From an uncultured Acidobacteriota bacterium (GTDB lineage Bacteria; Acidobacteriota; Thermoanaerobaculia; Multivoradales; SZUA-115): a stretch of DNA of 64,000 nucleotides. Below, piece by piece: positions 41,608 to 50,946 of this stretch; positions within the stretch are counted from its first letter, which is position 1, and every line of letters begins with the position of its first letter. Position numbers and translations under genes: made by a program. The DNA lies in contig CAWDVR010000001.1 of assembly GCA_963805975.1 (NCBI GenBank), positions 672,001-736,000 of the forward strand. Reading direction: 5' to 3'. Below the pieces are notes generated by a model. It saw only the letters and a program-made list of their open reading frames with translations. It had not been told where the DNA came from and did no database searches.

Positions 41608-42432
41608 ATGTCGCCCGCGGACGCGATTCACATCCGCTCCTTCTCCTCCGACGCCGACTACGAGGACTGCCTGGCCTTGCAGATGGCGGTGTGGGGGGAG
41701 GACATGCGCGAGTGCGTCCCGCCCCGCATCCAGAAGATCAGCCAGCAGGTGGGGAGCGTCGCTGCCGGCGCCTTCGACGGGCAGCGGCTGGTCGGTTTCG
41801 TCTGGGGCCTGACCGGCGTGCGCAGCGGCCGGTTGGCGCACTGGTCCCACATGCTGGGCGTCCTCCCCGAGGCGCGCGACGGCAATCTCGGCCGCCGGCT
41901 GAAGCTCTTCCAACGGCGGGAGCTGCTCGCGATCGGGGTCGAAGCCGTGTACTGGACCTTCGATCCTCTCGAGAGCCGCAACGCTCATCTGAACTTCAAC
42001 CGGCTCGGCGTCGAGGTGGAGAAGTACGTGCAGGACTACTACGGCAGCGGTGCCACCAGCCACCTGCACAGCGGCCTCGGCACCGATCGCTTCATCGTCG
42101 CCTGGCACCTCGAGAGCGGGAAGACCACCCGCGCCCTGGCGGACGAGCTGCCCGGCGACATCGCTGGCTACGAGCGGGCGCCGGTCGCCAACAGCCTCCT
42201 CTCCGACGACGGCCGCCCGATGCCGGTCGAGTGCGATCCGCCCTCTGTACCGATGCTGCGGATCGAGGTGCCGGTCCACATTCAGGACGTGAAAGCGGCC
42301 GATCCCGAGGCCGGTGCCGCCTGGCGGCGCTCGACCCGCCGCGCCTTCGAGGCTTCTCTCGCCCGGGGCCTGAAGATCGAGGCGTTCTATCGTTCGCCGG
42401 TTTCCGGCCGCAGCTTCTACGTCGCATGCTGA
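41608..42432 (+). CDS. GNAT family N-acyl(succinyl)transferase
   Basis: HWSHMLGV, LKLFQR, WTFDPL..RNAHLNF..LG, TDRF motifs; upstream of NSAR/OSBS. Confidence 0.85.
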   Translation: MSPADAIHIRSFSSDADYEDCLALQMAVWGEDMRECVPPRIQKISQQVGSVAAGAFDGQRLVGFVWGLTGVRSGRLAHWSHMLGVLPEARDGNLGRRLKLFQRRELLAIGVEAVYWTFDPLESRNAHLNFNRLGVEVEKYVQDYYGSGATSHLHSGLGTDRFIVAWHLESGKTTRALADELPGDIAGYERAPVANSLLSDDGRPMPVECDPPSVPMLRIEVPVHIQDVKAADPEAGAAWRRSTRRAFEASLARGLKIEAFYRSPVSGRSFYVAC

Positions 42433-43556
42433 CCCTCGAGACCCTCACCCTGACCGAGATCGGGCTGCCGCTGAAGGAGCCCTTCCGCATCTCTTCGGGC
42501 ACGGTCCGCAACCGCCGCATCCTGCTCGTCGAGGCGCGGGAGAAGGACGGCACCCTGGGCTGGGGCGAATGCGTGGCGGGGGAGGAGCCCTACTTCAGCG
42601 CCGAAACCATCGACACCGCGTGGTTCGCGATCGAGACCTGGCTCGCGCCGCTGGTTCTCGGGCAGAGCTTCGCGCACCCACGCGAGATCTTCCCGCGGCT
42701 CGACGCCGTGGTCCGCGGTCATCTGATGGCCAAGGCGGCGGTCGAGATGGCGGCCTGGGAGCTCGCCTCGACCCTCGCGGGTCAGCCTCTCGCACAGTAC
42801 CTGGGCGGCGAGCGCCGCGAGGTCGAGGTCGGCATCTCGCTCGGCATCCAGGAGAACCCCGGCCGTCTGATCGAAAAGGCGCGGCAGGCGCAGGACGAGG
42901 GCTACCGCAAGATCAAGATCAAGATCGCGCCGGGAGCCGACGTCGAGTACGTCGCCGCGGTGCGCGCGGCACTGGGACCAGCGGCGCCGCTGATGGCGGA
43001 CGCCAACTCCGCCTACTCACCGGCCGACGCCCTCCACCTGGAGCGCCTGGACGCGCTCGATCTGATGATGATCGAGCAGCCGCTCGACCGTACAGACCTG
43101 CTGCGCCACGCGGCCCTCCAGCGCCGGCTCACGACGCCGATCTGCCTCGACGAGTCGATCACCGGCCCGGACCGCGCCGCGGACATGATCGCGCTCTCTG
43201 CCGGCCGCATCGTCAACATCAAGCCCGGCCGGGTGGGCGGCTTCGCGCAGTCGCTCGCCATCCACGATCTCTGCCTGGCCGCCGGCATCCCGGTGTGGTG
43301 CGGCGGCATGCTGGAGAGCGGCGTCGGCCGCGCTCACAACGTGGCACTGGCCTCGCTCCCCGGCTTCTCCAAGCCCGGAGACCTCTCGCCCAGCAGCCGC
43401 TACTGGGAGCGCGACGTGGTGCATCCGGAGTGGACCATGGACGCCGGGCTGGTGCGCGTGCCGCGCGAACGGCCGGGCATGGGCGTCGACGTGGACCGCG
43501 GACGGATCTCCGCGCTCACCGTGCGCCGCTCCGAGCTCTCCGCGGCCACGCGATAG
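42426..43556 (+). CDS. menC: o-succinylbenzoate synthase / N-succinylamino-acid racemase (enolase superfamily)
   Basis: KIKIKI, DANSAY, IEQP, LDESI, NIKPGRVGG, WCGGMLESGVGRA, PGDLS. Confidence 0.88.
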   Translation: MLTLETLTLTEIGLPLKEPFRISSGTVRNRRILLVEAREKDGTLGWGECVAGEEPYFSAETIDTAWFAIETWLAPLVLGQSFAHPREIFPRLDAVVRGHLMAKAAVEMAAWELASTLAGQPLAQYLGGERREVEVGISLGIQENPGRLIEKARQAQDEGYRKIKIKIAPGADVEYVAAVRAALGPAAPLMADANSAYSPADALHLERLDALDLMMIEQPLDRTDLLRHAALQRRLTTPICLDESITGPDRAADMIALSAGRIVNIKPGRVGGFAQSLAIHDLCLAAGIPVWCGGMLESGVGRAHNVALASLPGFSKPGDLSPSSRYWERDVVHPEWTMDAGLVRVPRERPGMGVDVDRGRISALTVRRSELSAATR

Positions 43557-43566
43557 GATCGCCGCC

Positions 43567-44364
43567 ATGGTACCCATCGATCTCTCCGGAAAGCGCGCCC
43601 TCGTCATGGGGGTCGCCAACAGCCGCAGCCTTGCCTGGGCGATCGCCGAGCGCCTGCGCGAAGCCGGTGCCGAGCTCGCCTTCACCTACCAGGGAGAGCG
43701 CCTGAAGGGGGAGCTCGAGAAGCTCACGGAGGGCCTTCCCGGCCGTCGGCTCTACTCCTGCGACGTCACCGTCGAGGCGGAGCTGGCGGCGGTCTTCGAG
43801 GACCTCCAGGCCGCCTGGGGCACACTCGACTACGTGGTGCACGCCATCGCCTTCGCGCCGCGCGCCGCCATGGAGGGCCGCTACATCGACACCACGCGCG
43901 ACGATTGGGTGACGGCGCTCGAGATCTCCGCCTACTCGCTCCTCGCCGTGGCGCGCAAGGCCGAGCCGCTGCTCAACGAAGGCGGAGGCCTGATCACGCT
44001 CTCCTACTACGCCGCCGAGAAGGTAGTGCCCAAGTACAACGTGATGGGGGTAGCCAAGAGCGCGCTCGAGGCCACGGTGCGCTACCTGGCCTACGACCTG
44101 GGGTCGAAGGGCGTGCGGATCAACGCCGTCTCTGCCGGGCCGGTGCGCACGGTGGCCGCGCGCAGCATCCCCGGCTTCATCCAGATGTACAAGAAGGTTG
44201 GCGGCGCCTCGCCCCTGGGCCGAAACGTCACTCACGAGGAGGTGGGCAACCTCGGGCTCTACCTGCTGTCGCCCCTCGCCTCGGGCATCACCGGCGAGAC
44301 GGTCTACGTGGACGGCGGCTTCCACGTGATGGGCATGCAATTGGAAGACAGCTCCTCTCCGTGA
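43567..44364 (+). CDS. fabI: Enoyl-ACP reductase
   Basis: GVANSRSLAWAIA, YNVMGVAKSALE, NAVSAGPVRT, ITGETVYVDGG. Confidence 0.93.
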   Translation: MVPIDLSGKRALVMGVANSRSLAWAIAERLREAGAELAFTYQGERLKGELEKLTEGLPGRRLYSCDVTVEAELAAVFEDLQAAWGTLDYVVHAIAFAPRAAMEGRYIDTTRDDWVTALEISAYSLLAVARKAEPLLNEGGGLITLSYYAAEKVVPKYNVMGVAKSALEATVRYLAYDLGSKGVRINAVSAGPVRTVAARSIPGFIQMYKKVGGASPLGRNVTHEEVGNLGLYLLSPLASGITGETVYVDGGFHVMGMQLEDSSSP

Positions 44365-45587
44365 GCCTCCCGGCCGCCCTCCAGCGGCTCTTCTCTCCTG
44401 AGCTCGAGGCGCGGCTGGTGGCGCTGCGACGGGACCTCCATCGGCATCCAGAGCTTTCCTGGCAGGAGGAGCGGACCGCCGCCCGCCTGGAGGGGGAGCT
44501 CGCCGCGACCGGCGCCACCCAAGTGCGACGAGTGGCCGGCACCGGGCTCGTGGCCCGGATCGCCGGCCACGACCCGCAGGCACCGGTGGTGGCGATCCGC
44601 GGTGACATCGATGCCCTGCCCGTGGAGGAGGCGACCGGCCTGCCTTTCTCCTCCGAGCGCCCCGGCGTGATGCACGCCTGCGGGCACGACGTGCACGCCG
44701 CCTGGGCCGTGGGCGCCGCCGCGCTACTGGCCGGTTCACCGGCCGCGGGCGACGTCCTGGTCCTGCTGCAGCCGGCGGAGGAGGTGGCGGGCGGGGCGCT
44801 CGCCCTGCTCGAATCGGGCGTCCTCGAAGGCGTCGCCACCCTCTTCGGCGCGCACGTGGACCGTCGCTTCGAGGTCGGCCAGGTGGTGGCCCAGGCCGGT
44901 CCGCTGGCCGCGGCCAGCGACCTCTTCGAGATCTCGCTCCGCGGCCGTGGTGCTCACGGCGCCCGGCCGCACGAGGCGGTGGACCCGGTGGTGGGCGCAG
45001 CGGCCCTGATCCAGGCCCTGCAGACGATCATCTCGCGACGCCTCGCACCCGGCGAGCCCGGCGTGGTCACGGTCGGCTCGATCCATGGCGGGCAGGCGGC
45101 CAACGTGATCCCCGAATCCGTCACCCTGACGGGCACACTGCGCGCCACCCGTGCCGCCACGCGCGAGCTGCTGCGCGGGGAGATCTCGCGCATGGCGGGG
45201 GAGACGGCGCGGCTCTACGGGCTCGCGTCCACGGTGCGTTTCTTCGACTCGACGCCGGCGCTCGTCAACCCGGAGCGGGAAGCCGCCTGGGCGCGCGCGG
45301 CGGTGACCCGGGTGCTGGGCCCCGAGGCCCTCGTCCCCCTGGGTGCGCTCAACATGGCGGGGGAGGACTTCGCCTACTACCTCGAGCGCCTGCCGGGCTG
45401 TTTTCTGCGCGTCGGCGCCAGGGAAGCGGGTGGAGAGCCCATCCCCGCCCATTCGCCGCGCTTCTATGCCGCCGAGGAGAGCGTGCTGGTGGGCGCCGCG
45501 GTACTGGCGGAAGCGGCTCGAACGGCATCTCTGGCCTTGACAGCAGCGGCGGGGAAGGTCTACTCTCCAACGTCAAATGCTGGTTGA
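44361..45587 (+). CDS. M20 family amidohydrolase (N-acyl-amino-acid hydrolase)
   Basis: LHRHPELS, RGDIDALP, MHACGHD, QPAEE, GEDF, HSP. Confidence 0.9.
   Translation: MSLPAALQRLFSPELEARLVALRRDLHRHPELSWQEERTAARLEGELAATGATQVRRVAGTGLVARIAGHDPQAPVVAIRGDIDALPVEEATGLPFSSERPGVMHACGHDVHAAWAVGAAALLAGSPAAGDVLVLLQPAEEVAGGALALLESGVLEGVATLFGAHVDRRFEVGQVVAQAGPLAAASDLFEISLRGRGAHGARPHEAVDPVVGAAALIQALQTIISRRLAPGEPGVVTVGSIHGGQAANVIPESVTLTGTLRATRAATRELLRGEISRMAGETARLYGLASTVRFFDSTPALVNPEREAAWARAAVTRVLGPEALVPLGALNMAGEDFAYYLERLPGCFLRVGAREAGGEPIPAHSPRFYAAEESVLVGAAVLAEAARTASLALTAAAGKVYSPTSNAG
45537..45566 (+). promoter_or_regulatory. Candidate sigma-70 promoter inside the 3' end of the M20 gene, upstream of TPR-A
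   Basis: TTGACA (45537-42), 18-nt spacer, TACTCT (45561-66); ATG at 45577. Confidence 0.55.
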
Positions 45588-46551
45588 TCTGTCCTTCGCC
45601 TTCCGTCCACCCACGGCTCTCGCCTCGGAGGACCCCGCAGCCGTTCTTCCAGGAGACGAATTCGAGTCCTTGCAGGCGCGCGGGCAGGCGGCTTTCGACG
45701 CGGGACGCCTGCCCGAGTCGATCGAGCTCCTCGAGCGGGCGCTCGCCTGGGCCGAGGAGCACGGCGACCGCCGGCAGATCGATCTCGGCTTCTGCAACCT
45801 GACCAGCGCCCAGATCGCCCGCGACGAAAAGCGCCCCCTCGCGCCCGCGACCATGCAGCGGCTGCGCGCGGTGCTCCTCGCGAGCGAGGATCTGACCAAC
45901 TGCCGCCTCGCCGCCTACAACCTCGCTCGCGCCTTCGAGTTCATGAGCGACAGCAAGAAGGGCCTGTTCTACGCCCGCATCGCCCTCGATCGCGCGGAGC
46001 TCCTGGGCCGCGCCGACTGGATCGCGTCGAGCCACAACCAGATCGGCAACTTCCTGCTCGCCGACAGCTACTTCGACCAGGCCGCGGCCGAGTACGACGA
46101 GGCCCTGAGCCTCTATCCGCCGGAGGCCGCGCTGCGCCGCGCCCTGGTGGAGGGCAACCTCGGCTACTGCTCGATCGCGCGTGGCCGGGTGCAGCAGGGG
46201 CTCGAGCTGCTGGTTCGCAGCTTCCGGGTCCTGGCGCGGCGCGGCAGTATGACCGACCTTGCCGTGGCGCACGCCGACCTCTGCTACGCGCACCTCGAGC
46301 TCGGTCGCAGCCGCGACGCCGTCCGCCACGGCAACAAGGCGCTGGCGCTCGCCGAGCAGTGCGGCGCCAAGGACGTGGCGAAGAATTGCCTCTACCTGCT
46401 GGGCGCCGCCACCCAGCAGGGCGGCGACCGGCAGGGCGCCCACGACTGCTACTCGCAGCTCCAGGAGCGCTACTACCCGGGCTCGGCCTTCGTCGCCGAG
46501 TTCCTGCTCTCGGTCGACGTCCGCCGCATGATCAATCTGAGGGCCGCATGA
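45577..46551 (+). CDS. Cytoplasmic TPR protein (TPR-A), paralog of 50047-50946
   Basis: TPR helices, no signal peptide; shares LAAY.L.RA.E, LFY.RIA, RADW..S.HN..GN, NLGYC and INL/IK/RA end with its paralog. Confidence 0.85.
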   Translation: MLVDLSFAFRPPTALASEDPAAVLPGDEFESLQARGQAAFDAGRLPESIELLERALAWAEEHGDRRQIDLGFCNLTSAQIARDEKRPLAPATMQRLRAVLLASEDLTNCRLAAYNLARAFEFMSDSKKGLFYARIALDRAELLGRADWIASSHNQIGNFLLADSYFDQAAAEYDEALSLYPPEAALRRALVEGNLGYCSIARGRVQQGLELLVRSFRVLARRGSMTDLAVAHADLCYAHLELGRSRDAVRHGNKALALAEQCGAKDVAKNCLYLLGAATQQGGDRQGAHDCYSQLQERYYPGSAFVAEFLLSVDVRRMINLRAA

Positions 46552-47930
46552 GAACCCTGCTGCGGCCCCTCGTGCTGGTCCTGGCCCTGCTCGTTGCGGG
46601 TACCCCTGCTGCGGCCGAACCGCGCCAGACCGCCCTCGGTACGAACGGCGAGATCTATCGCCTGTTGACCGGGACCTATGGCCAGTTCTTCGGCGCCGGC
46701 CTCACTCCGGCCACCAACCCTGTGTTGGTGCTCGAGATCGTGCGACCGGGCGACCGCCACCCGGACCGCATGCTGGTGCCGGGCACCGAATCCGAAGACG
46801 TCGAGCGCGCCTCTTCGGTGAGCTTCGAGGAGCGCTCGGGGGCCGCCGTGGTCCTCTGGGCGAGCCAGAAGAACTACATTCGGTCGCGCATCAACCTGGC
46901 GACCTTCGACGGGGAGACCTGGTCGGCGCCTATCGAGCTCTCCGGCGACGTCTGGAGCCAGAAGTCCTCGCCGGCTCTCGCGGTGAGCAGCGACACCTAC
47001 CTGACCCGCACCGAGACCGGCACCGCCGCCCACGAGCGCAGGATCTACAACGTGGTGTGGTGGGAGCAGTCCGGTGCCGGGGATCGCGTCGTCTACTCGC
47101 CCGTGGTCTTCGTCGACGGTGCCTACATCGGCTGGAACCCGGTCTTCGTCCTCACCGACCTGACGGACGGCGACCCCTCGTTCGGGGCGCCGCTCCTGGT
47201 GCGCGACGAGCTGCTGCGCGTTCCCACCATCGCCAGCGGCGAGCGTCCGTCGGACTCCGTGGCCGCCTTCGTGCACCCGGCTACCAAGCAGTTGATCAGC
47301 GTCCAGATCAGCTCGCTCGCCGGGGAGATGACCATCCTCGCCGACCAGGTACGAGCCGATCTCACGAGCTTCGGCCAGGCGAACCCCACTGCGGACCTGG
47401 CGGCGCTGGGGGAGCGAGCCCGGCATCAGATCGTTGACTTCGGCGTCCGTCTCGGCATGCACCCCGGTCTGCTCAGCTTCGTGGGTGGGCGGGTCGCCTC
47501 CGGCCTAGCCCAGAACCCGGCGGAGACCTCTCTCGCCTCCCTGGGCGAGAAGGCGCGCCACCAGATCGTCGACTTCGGGGTACGGATGATGGCCCAGGGC
47601 CTCACCGGCGCCGAGGACCTCACGCCCGCCTGGCTGGCGGAGTTCGGCTCGGAACAGTACCCGGCGACCGACGACGGCCAGCCTCTCCACGCGTTGCGGG
47701 TACGCTTGATCGCCGCCCGTCCGGCGCCCCGCACCGAGTCTGGCACCACCTCAGTCTTCCTCTCCGAGAACGGCGAAGACGCCCTGATCGCCTGGCAGGC
47801 CGATGACATGGTCCGCTACTGCGAAGAGTCCAACGGCGAATGGAGCGAGATCCGGCAGCTCCAGCTCAACGCCGACCTCTCCTTGGCCCACGCCTTCGAG
47901 CTGCTGTCGGCGCGGGTTCGGAAGAACTGA
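46548..47930 (+). CDS. Secreted 460-aa hypothetical protein (Sec-A) with duplicated 15-aa peptide
   Basis: ATGA overlap with TPR-A; signal peptide; homologous along its length to 48658-50040. Confidence 0.8.
   Translation: MRTLLRPLVLVLALLVAGTPAAAEPRQTALGTNGEIYRLLTGTYGQFFGAGLTPATNPVLVLEIVRPGDRHPDRMLVPGTESEDVERASSVSFEERSGAAVVLWASQKNYIRSRINLATFDGETWSAPIELSGDVWSQKSSPALAVSSDTYLTRTETGTAAHERRIYNVVWWEQSGAGDRVVYSPVVFVDGAYIGWNPVFVLTDLTDGDPSFGAPLLVRDELLRVPTIASGERPSDSVAAFVHPATKQLISVQISSLAGEMTILADQVRADLTSFGQANPTADLAALGERARHQIVDFGVRLGMHPGLLSFVGGRVASGLAQNPAETSLASLGEKARHQIVDFGVRMMAQGLTGAEDLTPAWLAEFGSEQYPATDDGQPLHALRVRLIAARPAPRTESGTTSVFLSENGEDALIAWQADDMVRYCEESNGEWSEIRQLQLNADLSLAHAFELLSARVRKN
47406..47585 (+). 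repeat. Internal peptide repeat LGE[R/K]ARHQIVDFGVR x2 (47406-47450, 47541-47585)
   Basis: 14 of 15 residues identical, 8 synonymous codon differences. Confidence 0.9.
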
Positions 47931-48029
47931 CGGCACATTAGTCGTTGGTGCCAGACGAAGTCGCCCGGCTTCGAGCGGCAAGACTCTGTTCGTGAATGTG
48001 CGAGCGCTGGCTAGAAAGCATAGGGCAGC

Positions 48030-48610
48030 ATGCCCGAGCACTCGCAGACAGAGTTGAGGGTCTTCAGAGAGTTCGCTCGGTGGGCTCCACTCCAGATCGA
48101 CCAAGACTCCATCCAGAAGAGACAGCCTCCAGAGCCCGATATTCTCTGTAGATCCTCCGAAGGTCAGGAGTTCGCATTCGAGCTGGTGGAGGTCGTTGAT
48201 CCCGATCTAGCTACCGCTGATTCCCGTCAGGTGAGACTTCAAGTTGCGTTGAGCGGGGGCCGGTAGGACGCTGCGTTTAGGCGACAGTACGGCGACGCCG
48301 TTGTCGGAATCACCTTTCAGCGCGAGCTCTCAATGCAGAAACTTTATACTTCAACGTAGCTGCTGTTGAAGCCTTTGCGGATCCCACTCTGAAGACGATC
48401 CGAAGCAAGCTAACTCGTACGTACTCGGTGACGGGGAGTCTCGCCCTGCTGGCCTACTTCAGTGGCCAGCCCATGCATGCCGGAACCGAATGGGGGCTCG
48501 GGCTTGAGGAGCAGATCCGCGATCTTCTTCGCCCCTCGACATTCGATGCGGTCTGGCTGTTCGAGATGAGTTCTGGACGTCTTGTCGAAATCCAGCACTA
48601 TGCTGGGTAA
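48030..48610 (+). pseudogene. Degraded lower-GC gene, possibly PD-(D/E)XK restriction-endonuclease-like
   Basis: PEPDILC..FAFELVE motif; in-frame TAG at 48264-66; frame change near 48340; C-terminal part continues LYFNVAA..KLTRTY..LLAYF..FDAVWLF. Confidence 0.55.
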
Positions 48611-48657
48611 GGCCAAGTTGGCCCAGCAGTAGCAGCGATCTGAGAGCGTCCCCGCGC

Positions 48658-50040
48658 CTACCGCTCACGCACCCGCTGCCGCAGGATCTGCTCTGCTCTC
48701 GCAGCGTCGATGGGGCCTTCGAGGGCGATGCGGCGGGCGGCGGTCCAGCCGGCGTCGCGCGACTCGCGGTAGCGCAGGGCTCCGGTCTCGCTCCAGCTCA
48801 CCACGGCACGCCGTCCGTCCTCTGCCAGAAAGATCCAGATCGGGCCGGCGCCGACGCCGGGGGCGCGGCGCTCGTTGACCAGTCGCAGCCAAACGTGGTG
48901 CGGCCTTCCCTCGACCCCACCCACGGCCGGGGCGCGGATCTCGAGGACGCGGCTCACCGTGGCGGCGTCGCCTCCGGCCAGGCCGCCCTCGCCGAACACC
49001 CGCGCGCCGATCTCGATCATATGGCCGCGTGCGTGCTCGGCCAGCGAGACGACGCTGCCCGTTTCCAGCCCGGTGTCGCGGATGTCGGCTGCTACGTCGT
49101 CGGCCAGGAAGGTCAGGAGGCCCGGGTGCAGGCGGTGACCGATCTCGATCATGTGGCCGCGCGCGTGCTCGGCGAGGCTCACCAGCCCGTCGGCCGAGAA
49201 CAAGTCCTCGTCCGCCTCGATGCGCGCCGCCGTGCCATCGGCCAGCTCGCCCAGCTCGGCCGGCAGTACCCTTGCGTCGAACACCAGAAAGCGCTCGGTC
49301 GCCTTGTTGACGAAGCCCAGGACGACGCTGTTCTCGTCCCGGCCGGACTCCATCCTCGGCGAGCGGAACAGATCGGCCGGCAGCATCATGTGCTGCTGGG
49401 GCACCGCGCTGGCATCGAGGTCGCTCAGGTTGTAGACCTCGTTACGGCCGAGATAGGCGCCGTCGATCAGGAAGATCGGCGTGTAGAAGACCTCTTCGGA
49501 AGAGGCCGCCTTCTCCCACCAGGCCACGTGCAGCACGGTGCGGCTGTGGAGTACGGACGGCTGGCCCGCGGCACCCACCACCTCGAAGTCGTCGCGGGTG
49601 ATCGAGACCTGGGGCGGACCCTTGAGGGGAGCGATGTCGCCGGAGACCTCGAAGACCTGCGACCAGACGCCGCCCTTGAGCCAGGCCAGATTCACCCGCG
49701 AGTGCTGGGGCTGCGGCTTGCTCTCCCAGAACACGAAGAGGCTGTTCGAGGCGTCCTCGAAGACCAGGGCGGGCTGGCCCTCGATCGCCGCGCCGTCGGT
49801 CTCCGGCACCTTCAGGCGGCGTAGCGGCTCGCCGGGGGGCTGCACGTCGATGGCGATCAGGGGGTGGTTGGAGCTCGCCGCGGCGCAATCGGAGAAGAGA
49901 TCGCGGCAGCGGCCGCTCTTGGCCACGTAGATCTCACCGCCCAGGCCGAGCGCGGCGTCGCGGGGCACCTCGGCTACCAGGGCCGGAGAGCCGAGAGCCG
50001 CCAGGGCGGCGAGGGAGAGCAGGATGCGTGCGTGCGACAT
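48658..50040 (-). CDS. Secreted 460-aa hypothetical protein (Sec-B) with duplicated 15-aa peptide
   Basis: Signal peptide; shares ALG..GEIY, SR.NLA, SGD, WWE, DGAY.G.N and HPGLL.F with Sec-A. Confidence 0.8.
   Translation of the reverse strand: MSHARILLSLAALAALGSPALVAEVPRDAALGLGGEIYVAKSGRCRDLFSDCAAASSNHPLIAIDVQPPGEPLRRLKVPETDGAAIEGQPALVFEDASNSLFVFWESKPQPQHSRVNLAWLKGGVWSQVFEVSGDIAPLKGPPQVSITRDDFEVVGAAGQPSVLHSRTVLHVAWWEKAASSEEVFYTPIFLIDGAYLGRNEVYNLSDLDASAVPQQHMMLPADLFRSPRMESGRDENSVVLGFVNKATERFLVFDARVLPAELGELADGTAARIEADEDLFSADGLVSLAEHARGHMIEIGHRLHPGLLTFLADDVAADIRDTGLETGSVVSLAEHARGHMIEIGARVFGEGGLAGGDAATVSRVLEIRAPAVGGVEGRPHHVWLRLVNERRAPGVGAGPIWIFLAEDGRRAVVSWSETGALRYRESRDAGWTAARRIALEGPIDAARAEQILRQRVRER
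49006..49182 (-). repeat. Internal peptide repeat VSLAEHARGHMIEIG x2 (49138-49182, 49006-49050)
   Basis: 15 of 15 residues identical, 6 synonymous codon differences. Confidence 0.9.
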
Positions 50041-50046
50041 GGTGTC

Positions 50047-50946
50047 TCAGGCCTTGATGTTGATCAGTCGCTTGACGTTCAGGAGGAGCAGGAGATCGGC
50101 CACGCCCTCGGCGCCGGGGTAGAACTCCTCCTGCAGGCGGGCGAACTGAGCGCGCGCCGCGAGCGGGTCGCCGGCGAGCTTGAAAGCCTCGCCCAGGAGG
50201 AAGAGGGAGTTCTTGCGCATCTCGGGGTTGTCGATCTCCTCGGACATGCGCAGGGCGGCGATCGCGTGCCGGATGGCGCTGCGATAGCGGTTGATCTCGA
50301 GATAGGCGAAGCAGAGGCTGACCTCGACCACCGGCCTCCAGGCCACGGCGCCCGCCCGGCGGATCAGCCGTAGGGCATCGAAATGGGCCTCGAAGCCCTG
50401 CCGGTAGCGGCCCTGCACCACGTGGCAGTAGCCGAGGTTGTCGAGCGCCAGGGCGCGGCGCAAGGGGTTCTCGTCGGGCAGGGCTGCGATCGCCTGCTCG
50501 AACTCCTTGCGCGCGTCGTCGAACTTGCTGCTCGCCAGGAGCAGGTTCCCGAGCAGGTTGTGAGTCGAGGACAGCCAGTCCGCTCGCTCGGCCTCGCGGG
50601 CGTAGCGGTGGGCGATGCGGGTGTAGAAGAGCGCCTTGGCGCCGTCCTTGGCCACCTCGTAGGCGCGGCCCAGCGTATAGGCGGCGAGGAAGCTGCTCTC
50701 GGGGTCGGAGTTCTTGACCAGGATGCGCCGCAGGTCGGCCTTGACGCTCTCGGTCTCGCCGGTCTCCACCAGATAGGCCGCACGGTTGCACAGCGTGCGG
50801 TCGACCTGCCAGTTCTCGCCGTGCTCGCCGAGCCAGGTGAGGGCGCCATCGAGGATCGCGAGCGCCTGCTGGAGCTGTCCGGCGAGCGCCGCGCTCCACG
50901 CCTCCTGCTTGTAATGCTCGTAGGCTTCGCTGGCGCCGGCGGTCAT
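50047..50946 (-). CDS. Cytoplasmic TPR protein (TPR-B), paralog of 45577-46551
   Basis: TPR helices; clear alignment by eye to TPR-A; ATGA overlap with the upstream XRE gene. Confidence 0.85.
   Translation of the reverse strand: MTAGASEAYEHYKQEAWSAALAGQLQQALAILDGALTWLGEHGENWQVDRTLCNRAAYLVETGETESVKADLRRILVKNSDPESSFLAAYTLGRAYEVAKDGAKALFYTRIAHRYAREAERADWLSSTHNLLGNLLLASSKFDDARKEFEQAIAALPDENPLRRALALDNLGYCHVVQGRYRQGFEAHFDALRLIRRAGAVAWRPVVEVSLCFAYLEINRYRSAIRHAIAALRMSEEIDNPEMRKNSLFLLGEAFKLAGDPLAARAQFARLQEEFYPGAEGVADLLLLLNVKRLINIKA

Noticed and set aside
42426-43556. Menaquinone biosynthesis operon
   Set aside because: No other men genes; the GNAT/M20 context favours a racemase role
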